This document shows positions 38,777-49,169 of a stretch of DNA of 64,000 nucleotides, one piece after another. Under the pieces are notes generated by a model. That model was not told where the DNA came from and made no database searches. It saw only the letters and a list, made by a program, of their open reading frames with translations. The stretch comes from Bacillus subtilis subsp. subtilis str. 168 (GTDB lineage: Bacteria > Bacillota > Bacilli > Bacillales > Bacillaceae). The position numbers were made by a program, and so were the translations under genes. Each line of letters starts with the position of its first letter. Positions within the stretch are counted from its first letter, which is position 1. Where the stretch lies: contig NC_000964.3 in the NCBI RefSeq assembly GCF_000009045.1, positions 248,001-312,000 of the forward strand, read 5' to 3'.

Positions 38777-39420
38777 TGCAGCGTACCACCCGGTGACTTC
38801 ACATCCTCATCATATTGTGCGGCCGTAACAGCGGCGATTCTCAATGCCCGGACAATCGTGTCCAGGCTGAGGCTCGGCGCTGTTTTGTCGATTGTTTGCT
38901 GCGGAATGTAAGGAATATGAATAAAACCGCCGCGAATGTGTGGGGATGTCCGGCTAATGTGATCCATTAACCCGTAGAACAAATAGTTGCATACAAAGGT
39001 CCCCGCTGTGTAGGAAACCGCAGCTGGAATGCCGTGTTCCTTCATCTTAGCAGTCATTCGTTTCACGGGAAGCCTTGTCCAGTAAGCGGCGGGCCCATCT
39101 GGAGAAATCTCTTCATCAATCGGCTGATGTCCTTCGTTATCGGGGATTCGCGCATCTGCAAGGTTGATTGCCACTCGTTCCGGTGTAATCTGCATCCGTC
39201 CTCCTGCTTGGCCGACACAAATTACGATATCTGGCTGATGTTTTTGAATGGCTTGGCGCAGAGTGTCCAGAGCGGATCTAAAGACGGTTGGAATTTGTTC
39301 CGCTGTAATAATGGCTTCTTCTGTCTCGAAGCCATTAAGCCGTTTCGCCGCTTCCCATGATGGATTGACGGTTTCTTTGTCAAAAGGGTCAAAGCCTGTG
39401 ATCAGCACTTTTTTTCTCAT
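38773..39420 (-). CDS. pcp: Pyrrolidone-carboxylate peptidase
   Basis: LITGFDPF, NPSWE, GQAGGR, ERVAIN, AGTFVCN, GFIHIP. Confidence 0.97.
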   Translation of the reverse strand: MRKKVLITGFDPFDKETVNPSWEAAKRLNGFETEEAIITAEQIPTVFRSALDTLRQAIQKHQPDIVICVGQAGGRMQITPERVAINLADARIPDNEGHQPIDEEISPDGPAAYWTRLPVKRMTAKMKEHGIPAAVSYTAGTFVCNYLFYGLMDHISRTSPHIRGGFIHIPYIPQQTIDKTAPSLSLDTIVRALRIAAVTAAQYDEDVKSPGGTLH

Positions 39421-39498
39421 TCTCCCATCTCCTTTTTCTTTTATTCTATTGTTTATTTATGGGTTTTTCATCAAAATAATGTAAAGGAGTGAATCATA

Positions 39499-40611
39499 AT
39501 GGAGCATTTGCCGGAGCAGTATCGCCAGTTATTCCCAACCTTGCAGACGCATACGATGCTTGCCAGCTGTTCTCAGAGCGCATTGGCAGAGCCTGTATCA
39601 AGGGCGATCCAGGATTATTATGATAGCCTGCTGTATAAAGGGACGAACTGGAAAGAAGCGATTGAAAAAACAGAGTTTGCGAGAAACGAGTTTGCAAAGC
39701 TGATCGGGGCTGAACCGGATGAAGTGGCGATTGTGCCGTCAGTTTCTGATGCACTGGTTTCTGTAGCATCGTCCTTAACTGCATTTGGAAAGAAGCACGT
39801 TGTATATACAGATATGGATTTTCCGGCGGTGCCTCATGTTTGGCAGGCACACTCCGATTATACCGTATCCGTCATTCCATCAATAGACGGCGTGCTGCCG
39901 CTTGAACAATATGAAACGCATATTTCGGATGAAACAGTACTGACGTGTGTTCCTCACGTTCATTATCGTGACGGCTATGTTCAGGATATAAAAGCGATTG
40001 CCGAGATTTCTCAGAGAAAGGGCTCTTTATTGTTTGTAGATGCTTATCAATCAGCCGGGCATATTCCCATTGATGTGAAGGAATGGGGCGTAGATATGCT
40101 GGCAGCAGGCACCCGGAAGTATTTGCTCGGCATACCGGGTGTGGCGTTTCTTTATGTGAGAAAGGAGCTGGCTGACGCACTGAAGCCGAAAGCATCAGCT
40201 TGGTTCGGAAGAGAGAGCGGATTTGATGGGGCTTATGCAAAAGTCGCGCGCCGTTTTCAAACGGGCACCCCAGCTTTTATCAGCGTATACGCAGCTGCAG
40301 CGGCTTTATCGCTGCTGAATCATATTGGGGTTTCTCATATCAGGGATCATGTGAAAACGATCTGTGCCGATGCAGTTCAATATGCCGCTGAAAAAGGCCT
40401 GCAGCTGGCGGCGGCACAAGGTGGGATTCAGCCGGGCATGGTTGCGATCCGGGATGAGCGGGCATCGGAAACGGCGGGGTTGCTGAAGAAGAAAAAAGTG
40501 ATTTGCGCGCCGCGGGAAAATGTTATCCGTCTCGCTCCCCATTTTTATAATACGAAGGAGGAAATGCGGCACGCGATTGATGAAATCGCGGCGAAAACGA
40601 TCCACAAGTAA
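39499..40611 (+). CDS. ycbU: PLP-dependent class-V aminotransferase-fold enzyme
   Basis: DFPAV, VDAYQSAG, AGTRKYLLG PLP-lysine motif, IRLAPHFYN. Confidence 0.85.
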   Translation: MEHLPEQYRQLFPTLQTHTMLASCSQSALAEPVSRAIQDYYDSLLYKGTNWKEAIEKTEFARNEFAKLIGAEPDEVAIVPSVSDALVSVASSLTAFGKKHVVYTDMDFPAVPHVWQAHSDYTVSVIPSIDGVLPLEQYETHISDETVLTCVPHVHYRDGYVQDIKAIAEISQRKGSLLFVDAYQSAGHIPIDVKEWGVDMLAAGTRKYLLGIPGVAFLYVRKELADALKPKASAWFGRESGFDGAYAKVARRFQTGTPAFISVYAAAAALSLLNHIGVSHIRDHVKTICADAVQYAAEKGLQLAAAQGGIQPGMVAIRDERASETAGLLKKKKVICAPRENVIRLAPHFYNTKEEMRHAIDEIAAKTIHK

Positions 40612-40613
40612 AC

Positions 40614-40651
40614 ATGAAAAAGCCCCTGAACACTAGTCAGGGGCTTTTCAT
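40614..40651. terminator. Bidirectional terminator ycbU/lmrB
   Basis: AAAAGCCCCTGA/TCAGGGGCTTTT stem. Confidence 0.85.
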
Positions 40652-40652
40652 A

Positions 40653-42092
40653 TTAATGATCTACTTTAACGCGTTTCATAAAGAAAGCGCCAATTAAACC
40701 GATAATGGCAACAATCATTGCAAACACAAATGCGTGCTGTACGCCTGCTGTCAAAGCTTGCGGGATGACTGCCGGATCGGCAGGGTTTTTAACTGTACTC
40801 ATATAATCATGCTGGCCTGCAGCCATAATGCTGACCGCAACCGCTGTTCCGATAGCGCCGGCCATTTGCTGCAGCGTGTTCATAATGGCGGTGCCGTCTG
40901 GATAAAATTCACGCGGCAGTTGGTTTAAACCGTTTGTCTGTGCAGGCATCATGATCATAGAAATCCCGATCATCAAGCAGGTGTGCAGGATGATAATCAG
41001 CACAGCTGTTGAAGTGGTCGTGACATTTGAGAAGAACCATAGTACAACGGTGACAATCACAAATCCCGGAATGACAAGCCATTTCGGCCCGTATTTATCG
41101 AACAAGCGGCCTGTAACAGGGGACATAAATCCATTTAAAATACCGCCCGGCAAGAGAACAAGACCAGATGCAAATGCAGTGAGGACTAAGCCGCCTTGCA
41201 GATACATCGGCAGAAGCAGCATAGATGACAGAATGACCATCATACAAATGAACACCATGATCACACCCAAAATAAACATCGGGTATTTGAACGCACGGAG
41301 GTTCATCATAGGCTGCTTCATTGTCAGCTGGCGGATTGAAAATAAGATAAGGCCGACAACGCCGACAATCAGCGACACGATAACAGTCGGGCTGGACCAT
41401 CCCCCGGAGCCTTCACCCGCGTTGCTGAATCCGAATACAATGCCGCCGAAGCCAATCGTCGACAGGATGATAGACAATACATCGATTTTCGGCTTTGTCG
41501 TTTCAGATACATTTTGCATATATGCGATACCGAAAACAAGCGCCAGCACAAGGAATGGAAGAGAGATCCAGAAAATCCAGTGCCAGTTGAGATGCTCCAG
41601 AACCAATCCTGAGAAAGTTGGGCCGATGGCGGGCGCGAACATAATGACAAGCCCGATCGTTCCCATTGCGGCACCCCGTTTATGAGGCGGGAAAATCACC
41701 AAGATTGTGTTAAACATCAGCGGCAGTAAAAGACCGGTTCCAAGTGCCTGAACGATCCTTGCCGCTAATAAAAACGAGAAGCTCGGCGCAAGCGCCGCAA
41801 TGAATGTACCTAAAATTGAAAAGATAAGTGACACGGTAAAAAGCTGTCTTGTTGTGAACCACTGCAACAGCAGTCCTGAAACAGGAACAAGGATACCGAG
41901 TACAAGCAGGTAGCCCGTCGTTAACCATTGGACGGTTGCCGCTGTAATGTTCAATTCCTTCATAAGGTCGGTTAACGCAATATTCAGCGCTGTTTCACTG
42001 AACATGCCGATAAAACCGGCCAACAGCAAGGAAATCATAATCGGCATCACTTTGTATTGCTGAGATGCTTTAGCTGTTGTTTCCAAAATCAT
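40653..42092 (-). CDS. lmrB: DHA2-family MFS efflux pump (lincomycin resistance)
   Basis: 14-TM pattern; SETALNIAL, WLTTGYLL, APAIGPTFSG. Confidence 0.95.
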   Translation of the reverse strand: MILETTAKASQQYKVMPIMISLLLAGFIGMFSETALNIALTDLMKELNITAATVQWLTTGYLLVLGILVPVSGLLLQWFTTRQLFTVSLIFSILGTFIAALAPSFSFLLAARIVQALGTGLLLPLMFNTILVIFPPHKRGAAMGTIGLVIMFAPAIGPTFSGLVLEHLNWHWIFWISLPFLVLALVFGIAYMQNVSETTKPKIDVLSIILSTIGFGGIVFGFSNAGEGSGGWSSPTVIVSLIVGVVGLILFSIRQLTMKQPMMNLRAFKYPMFILGVIMVFICMMVILSSMLLLPMYLQGGLVLTAFASGLVLLPGGILNGFMSPVTGRLFDKYGPKWLVIPGFVIVTVVLWFFSNVTTTSTAVLIIILHTCLMIGISMIMMPAQTNGLNQLPREFYPDGTAIMNTLQQMAGAIGTAVAVSIMAAGQHDYMSTVKNPADPAVIPQALTAGVQHAFVFAMIVAIIGLIGAFFMKRVKVDH

Positions 42093-42131
42093 TTCCCCTC
42101 TCTATCAACTGCATGTAGTATGTCGTTTTTT

Positions 42132-42698
42132 TTATCTCTTCAGCAGGTCAGGAATGCAGCTGGAGATATGAAGGAGCGGCGTACTGTTTTTTGCCGTCAA
42201 AGATAAAAGGATGCCGCCTTCAATCATCGCGTTAACCACAGTGCTGGCTTCTTTTGCACGGCTCTCGCTGCAGCCAGTCTGCCGCAGTTTTTCCTCATAC
42301 ACAGAGGCCCATTCTTTGTAGGCTTCATGACAGGCTTCGCGCAACGGTTCGCTTTTCAATGACGTCTCAGCCGCTAGCAAGCCCACAGGCAAGCCTTCAA
42401 TGTCTTCCGTACATGAAAACTGGCAGGAGAGCTCCTTCAAAAAGGCTTGAATGCCTTCCGCTGGATCGGTGCAGGCTTCCATGCAGTCCGCGATTTTCTG
42501 ACGGATATACTCCTTCATCTCATTCACGGCTTCGATCGCAAGCTGTTCTTTACCCCCGGGAAAGTGGTAGTAAAGAGAGCCTTTAGGCGCGCCGCTTTCC
42601 TTTATAATCTGGTTCAGCCCCGTGCCGTAATACCCTTGCAGCTGAAAAAGCCGGGTAGCTGCCGAAAGGATTTTCTCACGGGAATCTCCATAACTCAT
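42132..42698 (-). CDS. lmrA: TetR-family repressor
   Basis: GYYGTGLNQII...GSLYYHFPGGKE. Confidence 0.95.
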   Translation of the reverse strand: MSYGDSREKILSAATRLFQLQGYYGTGLNQIIKESGAPKGSLYYHFPGGKEQLAIEAVNEMKEYIRQKIADCMEACTDPAEGIQAFLKELSCQFSCTEDIEGLPVGLLAAETSLKSEPLREACHEAYKEWASVYEEKLRQTGCSESRAKEASTVVNAMIEGGILLSLTAKNSTPLLHISSCIPDLLKR

Positions 42699-42728
42699 AA
42701 CATTCCCACCTTACTGAATTGCAATCAA

Positions 42729-42748
42729 AAATATAGTGACTGGTCTAT
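42729..42748 (-). promoter_or_regulatory. LmrA operator
   Basis: ATATAGTGACTGGTCTAT imperfect palindrome about 30 bp upstream of lmrA. Confidence 0.7.
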
Positions 42749-42914
42749 TATCTTGATTCAATCATCAATTGTCAAGAAAAATTCATTGTATGAAAAGACA
42801 AAAAAAGAAGGATATGACAACAAAAAATACTGAGAGAAAAGCTGACTGATCTTTTGACTGAATAGATAAAATGTACAATGATTAATCATCATATGGATGT
42901 AAGGAGAGAAATAG

Positions 42915-44042
42915 ATGAAAAAACAACGAATGCTCGTACTTTTTACCGCACTATTGTTTGTTTTTACCGGATGTTCACATTCTCCTGAAACAAAAGAATC
43001 CCCGAAAGAAAAAGCTCAGACACAAAAAGTCTCTTCGGCTTCTGCCTCTGAAAAAAAGGATCTGCCAAACATTAGAATTTTAGCGACAGGAGGCACGATA
43101 GCTGGTGCCGATCAATCGAAAACCTCAACAACTGAATATAAAGCAGGTGTTGTCGGCGTTGAATCACTGATCGAGGCAGTTCCAGAAATGAAGGACATTG
43201 CAAACGTCAGCGGCGAGCAGATTGTTAACGTCGGCAGCACAAATATTGATAATAAAATATTGCTGAAGCTGGCGAAACGCATCAACCACTTGCTCGCTTC
43301 AGATGATGTAGACGGAATCGTCGTGACTCATGGAACAGATACATTGGAGGAAACCGCTTATTTTTTGAATCTTACCGTGAAAAGTGATAAACCGGTTGTT
43401 ATTGTCGGTTCGATGAGACCTTCCACAGCCATCAGCGCTGATGGGCCTTCTAACCTGTACAATGCAGTGAAAGTGGCAGGTGCCCCTGAGGCAAAAGGGA
43501 AAGGGACGCTTGTTGTTCTTAACGACCGGATTGCCTCAGCCCGATATGTCACCAAAACAAACACAACTACAACAGATACATTTAAATCAGAAGAAATGGG
43601 CTTCGTCGGAACAATTGCAGATGATATCTATTTTAATAATGAGATTACCCGTAAGCATACGAAGGACACGGATTTCTCGGTTTCTAATCTTGATGAGCTG
43701 CCGCAGGTTGACATTATCTATGGATACCAAAATGACGGAAGCTACCTGTTTGACGCTGCTGTAAAAGCCGGAGCAAAGGGGATTGTATTTGCCGGTTCTG
43801 GGAACGGGTCTTTATCTGATGCAGCCGAAAAAGGGGCGGACAGCGCAGTCAAAAAAGGCGTTACAGTGGTGCGCTCTACCCGCACGGGAAATGGTGTCGT
43901 CACACCAAACCAAGACTATGCGGAAAAGGACTTGCTGGCATCGAACTCTTTAAACCCCCAAAAAGCACGGATGTTGCTGATGCTTGCGCTTACCAAAACA
44001 AATGATCCTCAAAAAATCCAAGCTTATTTCAATGAGTATTGA
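42915..44042 (+). CDS. ansZ: L-asparaginase II, lipoprotein
   Basis: Lipobox FTGC; ATGGTIAG, HGTDTLEET, GSMRP, LNPQKAR. Confidence 0.95.
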   Translation: MKKQRMLVLFTALLFVFTGCSHSPETKESPKEKAQTQKVSSASASEKKDLPNIRILATGGTIAGADQSKTSTTEYKAGVVGVESLIEAVPEMKDIANVSGEQIVNVGSTNIDNKILLKLAKRINHLLASDDVDGIVVTHGTDTLEETAYFLNLTVKSDKPVVIVGSMRPSTAISADGPSNLYNAVKVAGAPEAKGKGTLVVLNDRIASARYVTKTNTTTTDTFKSEEMGFVGTIADDIYFNNEITRKHTKDTDFSVSNLDELPQVDIIYGYQNDGSYLFDAAVKAGAKGIVFAGSGNGSLSDAAEKGADSAVKKGVTVVRSTRTGNGVVTPNQDYAEKDLLASNSLNPQKARMLLMLALTKTNDPQKIQAYFNEY

Positions 44043-44044
44043 AG

Positions 44045-44074
44045 AAAAGAAGGCGAATAAGCCTTCTTTTTTTT
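44045..44074 (+). terminator. Terminator after ansZ
   Basis: AAAAGAAGGC/GCCTTCTTTT stem plus Ts. Confidence 0.85.
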
Positions 44075-44171
44075 GGCTTTTTAGGACCAATAATGACCTC
44101 TGAATCTTAAAATTTCTTTAAAAATAAGCCAAAATTACCCTTTACTTAATTAATTTGGTAACGTAATATAA

Positions 44172-44843
<672 letters not shown>

Positions 44844-44853
44844 TGAAAAACAA

Positions 44854-44882
44854 AACCTTGAAGAATGCTATTCTTCAAGGTT
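44854..44882. terminator. Bidirectional terminator estA/yczC
   Basis: 13-bp perfect stem AACCTTGAAGAAT/ATTCTTCAAGGTT. Confidence 0.85.
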
Positions 44883-45264
44883 ATTCTGCTTTCAGCACAA
44901 TGGTTTTCGCAGCCATATCATGAACGGTTTGTTTTTTCTTCGTAAATGCGGCAGTCAAATAGATCAGGCGGGAGAACACATGCACCCACGCTATCAGGTA
45001 ACGGACAATGGCTTGCGGGAAGGATATTTTTTTATATGTTTCGTCCCTCACGATTTGCAGCCCGATGATTTTTTTGCCCAGTGTGCCCTTCCAATTTGTC
45101 AGCGGCATCAGCAAAGGGTACACAATCAGCATCAATATGGCGACAATAATGACACCGGCGGACCCATCGCCAAACGTAAATCCGGCTGCCAAAATCACTG
45201 CTGCGGCAATGATTACATCAAGTAAAAGAGCGCAGGCGCGCAGCATGAAACCAGCTAGTTCCAA
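44881..45264 (-). CDS. yczC: RDD-family membrane protein
   Basis: [30 protein letters not shown]; TTG start after AAGGAG. Confidence 0.85.
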
Positions 45265-45498
45265 TAGAAACACTCCTTAAAATGTTAAATAAACACCTAA
45301 TGATTGTAAAAAAGAAGGGCCTAAAGTGGGAATAGGTGATAAGCCTTAAATCACAAAAGTTGGTGAAAATGTCATAGGTAAATTGGCATAATCAGCCAGC
45401 TTATCACATTACCAAATTCTTTTTTAGCCCGAAACCAAGCCCTCAGAAGTTATTTTTGTTAAAATAGAAAAGTTACAACAGAATTCGGAGGGTTTATT

Positions 45499-46575
45499 GT
45501 GGGAAAAGTGAAACGAAATGCCCCTTGCCCATGCGGCAGCGGCAAGAAATATAAAAAATGCTGCGGAAGTAAAGTTGTCGACTTCCCGGCGGAACTAGCG
45601 GCAAAAGAAGCGAAACAAATTCAGGAAGACTTAGTGGAGTATGCCTTCACAGTACATAGAGAAAGCATTTCAGGCTTTATCAACCAGCATGATTTTCTTT
45701 CTGCTATGGACAGACAGACGAAAGACATCAGCGTATTTAACTTAGGAATCTGGGGAATCTTCTTCCACCCGCTTGCTGGTGAGAAGACAATCTTCGAAGA
45801 GTACCTTCAGAAAAAAGGCGATTCGATCACTCGTCCGAAAACGCGTGAGATCGTAGAATCATGGCAGAGCATGACGCCTGCTTTATTGCTGCTGAAGGAC
45901 CTGAAGGAAGGCATCATTCACTTTGAAGATGTCATTACGGCAAAACAATTCGAAGTGGAAATGGACGCCAGCAATCAAGACCTTCCTCCAGTGGGAAGCC
46001 TGATTCTTGGATACCCAATCCACGAAGCGGAAAAAGCAGAATTCTTCATGCAGTTCACGATCTTCCCGGTGAAGAGAACAGAAGCGCTGATCAGCAAGGT
46101 GAAGAAATATGCGGATGCCGCTGTGAAGGACGGCAAAACGCCGGAGGACTTCATGAAGCAGGAATTCAACAACGTTCTGTTCGCGTTGTTAGCTGAGAAA
46201 GATGAAGAGCCACAAGCAGAGAAAGCGGAAGTAAGCACTGTTGAGTGGGCAAACGACTTGGAGAAAGAAACCGCTGCGGCTATTGAAGAAGGCATGAGCG
46301 GGGAAGAGTATCCGACTGAATTGATCCCAGCTGTTATTGACATCTGGAAAACATTCTGCGAGAAAAAATCACCTGTCATCAGAAAGCCGGAAGCTTTTGC
46401 GGCGGCAGTTGAATATTATGTAAACGCAATTTCTCTTAACGGCGCGTCCGTTTCCCAGGCTAAACTGGCGAAAAAATACGGCGTTAGCGCATCAACGATT
46501 TCCAGCCGTTACAAAGAAATTGAAAGCACGCTGCAAGATGAAGCAGATCGTTTTGCACAAGCGTTATCCTCATAA
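45499..46575 (+). CDS. yccF: SEC-C motif protein with C-terminal HTH/cyclin-like domain
   Basis: RNAPCPCGSGKKYKKCC at the N-terminus; SVSQAKLAKKYGVSASTISSRYKEI at the C-terminus. Confidence 0.88.
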   Translation: MGKVKRNAPCPCGSGKKYKKCCGSKVVDFPAELAAKEAKQIQEDLVEYAFTVHRESISGFINQHDFLSAMDRQTKDISVFNLGIWGIFFHPLAGEKTIFEEYLQKKGDSITRPKTREIVESWQSMTPALLLLKDLKEGIIHFEDVITAKQFEVEMDASNQDLPPVGSLILGYPIHEAEKAEFFMQFTIFPVKRTEALISKVKKYADAAVKDGKTPEDFMKQEFNNVLFALLAEKDEEPQAEKAEVSTVEWANDLEKETAAAIEEGMSGEEYPTELIPAVIDIWKTFCEKKSPVIRKPEAFAAAVEYYVNAISLNGASVSQAKLAKKYGVSASTISSRYKEIESTLQDEADRFAQALSS

Positions 46576-46578
46576 TGG

Positions 46579-46617
46579 AAAAAACCTTGAAAAGCCAGGC
46601 TTTTCAAGGTTTTTTTA
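46579..46617. terminator. Bidirectional terminator yccF/natK
   Basis: 17-bp perfect stem AAAAAACCTTGAAAAGC/GCTTTTCAAGGTTTTTT. Confidence 0.9.
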
Positions 46618-47571
46618 TTTCTGAAACGGAATTTTGATTTCTAACCGGAAGATGGGGTGGCGGTAGGTAAAATCCAGCCTGCCAAAAGCGCCCTTCACCA
46701 GTTTTTGAATGATATATGTGCCCATGCCTTCATGAGCGCCGTTTTTCGTTGAGCGGCCAAACGATTGATAAATTGTATCGAGCACTTTTGGGTCCATCCC
46801 GGGAGTGCTGTTTTCACAAGTCAGTACATAAAGCCCGCTGCGCAGTGAAGTCTCCAGTTTAATCTCTGCTTTTTCTCGGGCCTCCGCCGCGCTGTCGAGC
46901 GCATTTTCTAATATGTTGCCGACCAAGCTGACCTGATCAGCAGGCGAAAACGGAAGGGAAGAAAGCGGTGTATGCATATGCAGCGAAACACTCACATTCG
47001 AGGCGCGGGCTTTTTCTAAAAAATCATAAAGCACCCCTGCAACGTACGCGTTCTCTCCTTTCAAAAAACGGTCATATTGGCTGTATTGATCCGCCCAGTT
47101 TTGAATATATGCTTGTGTATCTGCCTTGGGCTGAGCTGATTTGATTGCAGTGATATGTTTCATTGTGTCATGATTCCGGCTTCTGACATCAATCAGCATT
47201 TGATTGGCGTGCTGTTCAGCTTGAGTCAGCTTATCAATTTGATCAGAAAGCCTTGCCTGCAAAGCAGACTGTCCGATACGGAGCCCTTCACACCCTGCAA
47301 ATATCGCGATTACACATAATACCGGCATGATGTCTGTGCCAATCAACACCACTCCCACCGACATCACTTGAATCACCGCAATCCACGCACAAAGCCCTGA
47401 GGAACAGTGTTTCCACACCCGCTTCGTATTCCAAATGTACAATCCTGCAGCAGCTGCGCCTAAAGCAGCGGCGAGCCAAGAGGCGGCTGTGCTGTGTGAA
47501 AAAGCAGCAGCTCCCTGATAACATATGAAACTAAATAAAATCAGATAAAGACATTGAAAAAGGGTAATCAC
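46615..47571 (-). CDS. natK: Sensor histidine kinase (partner of a LytTR regulator)
   Basis: RSRNHD H-box, GNILENALD, HEGMGT. Confidence 0.9.
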   Translation of the reverse strand: MITLFQCLYLILFSFICYQGAAAFSHSTAASWLAAALGAAAAGLYIWNTKRVWKHCSSGLCAWIAVIQVMSVGVVLIGTDIMPVLCVIAIFAGCEGLRIGQSALQARLSDQIDKLTQAEQHANQMLIDVRSRNHDTMKHITAIKSAQPKADTQAYIQNWADQYSQYDRFLKGENAYVAGVLYDFLEKARASNVSVSLHMHTPLSSLPFSPADQVSLVGNILENALDSAAEAREKAEIKLETSLRSGLYVLTCENSTPGMDPKVLDTIYQSFGRSTKNGAHEGMGTYIIQKLVKGAFGRLDFTYRHPIFRLEIKIPFQK

Positions 47572-47583
47572 GTACTAAACTCC

Positions 47584-48285
47584 TCAAAAATAGTAGTTTT
47601 GAAAATAATCAAGCTGCTGCTTAGTGATCATCGCTTTTTTAGACGTTCCCTCAAAGGAAACTGTGAATGAATGCTTGGTATAAGCGGAAAAATGCTTTAT
47701 GTAATGAATGTTGATAATAAAGGAACGATGCGAACGAAGAAAATCTTTTTCGGGCAGGTCGCCTTTAATATCATTTAATGTTTGATACGTTTGCACCTCT
47801 TCGGCGGTTGTCACAATCGTCGTCGAACGTCCCGTCCGTTCTGCGAAAATAATATCCTTCTTTTGCAGGACGTGCATTTCAGACTTTTGCTTTATCAATA
47901 TACGCCCATTCAAACTCGTTTCCGTTTTCTTTTTCAAGTACCGGTCGAAGGAAGCGGCCAGACGGTCGGCATAGTACGGCTTCATAATATAATCATGGAC
48001 GTTCAGGTCAAAGGCGTGAACCGCATAACCGCCGTGGCCGGTAACAAAAATCACATCCACATCAAGTGAATGGGATTTGATCAAATCAGCAAGCTCGTAG
48101 CCAGACATATGGGGCATCTCGATATCGGCAAGCAGCAGATCAATGTCTCCGTTCTTTACCCGCCTGTAGGCTTCCTTCGCTGAATCGGTGGAAAAGACAA
48201 TTTCGACGTCCTGCATTCTGGACACGATCGCTTCTAACTTCTCTAAATCTACTCGATAATCATCTACAAGTCCGACTTTTACCAT
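47584..48285 (-). CDS. natR: LytTR-family response regulator
   Basis: LADIEMP receiver plus FLRSHRSFIIN LytTR motif. Confidence 0.93.
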   Translation of the reverse strand: MVKVGLVDDYRVDLEKLEAIVSRMQDVEIVFSTDSAKEAYRRVKNGDIDLLLADIEMPHMSGYELADLIKSHSLDVDVIFVTGHGGYAVHAFDLNVHDYIMKPYYADRLAASFDRYLKKKTETSLNGRILIKQKSEMHVLQKKDIIFAERTGRSTTIVTTAEEVQTYQTLNDIKGDLPEKDFLRSHRSFIINIHYIKHFSAYTKHSFTVSFEGTSKKAMITKQQLDYFQNYYF

Positions 48286-48329
48286 TATCATTCCCCTAGT
48301 TACATAGAATCATCTTTATTCTATCCCAT

Positions 48330-48359
48330 TTCACGACATAAAAAGAACTCTTCGCGACA
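48330..48359 (+). promoter_or_regulatory. NatR binding direct repeat
   Basis: TTCACGACA-N12-TTCGCGACA upstream of natA. Confidence 0.8.
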
Positions 48360-48428
48360 ACTTTATCCAACTAATCCAGCTTTTCGTATATAGTCATTAC
48401 TAGAAATAAAGATAAGGGAGATTGTGAC

Positions 48429-49169
48429 ATGATTACACTGACCGATTGCAGCCGCAGGTTTCAGGATAAGAAAAAAGTAGTCAAAGCGGTGCGAGATGTA
48501 AGCTTAACAATTGAAAAAGGAGAAGTCGTCGGCATTCTCGGAGAAAACGGTGCCGGCAAAACGACGATGCTGAGAATGATTGCTTCCTTGCTTGAACCAT
48601 CACAGGGTGTAATCACAGTAGACGGCTTTGACACGGTCAAGCAGCCGGCTGAGGTCAAACAAAGAATCGGTGTCTTATTCGGAGGAGAAACCGGGCTTTA
48701 CGACAGGATGACCGCTAAAGAAAATCTCCAATACTTCGGCAGGCTGTATGGGCTGAACCGCCACGAGATCAAAGCAAGAATAGAAGATTTATCGAAACGG
48801 TTCGGCATGCGCGATTATATGAACCGGAGAGTGGGCGGGTTTTCGAAAGGCATGAGGCAGAAAGTCGCCATTGCCAGAGCGCTGATTCACGATCCGGACA
48901 TCATTTTATTTGATGAGCCGACAACTGGGCTTGATATTACGTCAAGCAACATCTTCCGCGAATTTATACAGCAGCTGAAAAGAGAACAAAAAACGATTCT
49001 TTTCTCCAGCCACATTATGGAGGAAGTGCAGGCGCTCTGTGACAGTGTCATCATGATTCACAGCGGAGAGGTGATTTACCGAGGGGCGCTTGAATCACTA
49101 TACGAGAGCGAGCGCAGTGAGGATTTGAATTACATCTTTATGTCTAAGCTTGTCAGGGGGATTTCTTAA
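48429..49169 (+). CDS. natA: Na+ extrusion ABC ATPase
   Basis: GENGAGKTT, FSKGMRQK, FDEPTTGLD. Confidence 0.93.
   Translation: MITLTDCSRRFQDKKKVVKAVRDVSLTIEKGEVVGILGENGAGKTTMLRMIASLLEPSQGVITVDGFDTVKQPAEVKQRIGVLFGGETGLYDRMTAKENLQYFGRLYGLNRHEIKARIEDLSKRFGMRDYMNRRVGGFSKGMRQKVAIARALIHDPDIILFDEPTTGLDITSSNIFREFIQQLKREQKTILFSSHIMEEVQALCDSVIMIHSGEVIYRGALESLYESERSEDLNYIFMSKLVRGIS

Noticed and set aside
45336-45407. 9-bp inverted repeat GTGATAAGC...GCTTATCAC in the yczC-yccF gap
   Set aside because: The 54-bp spacing and short length are compatible with chance
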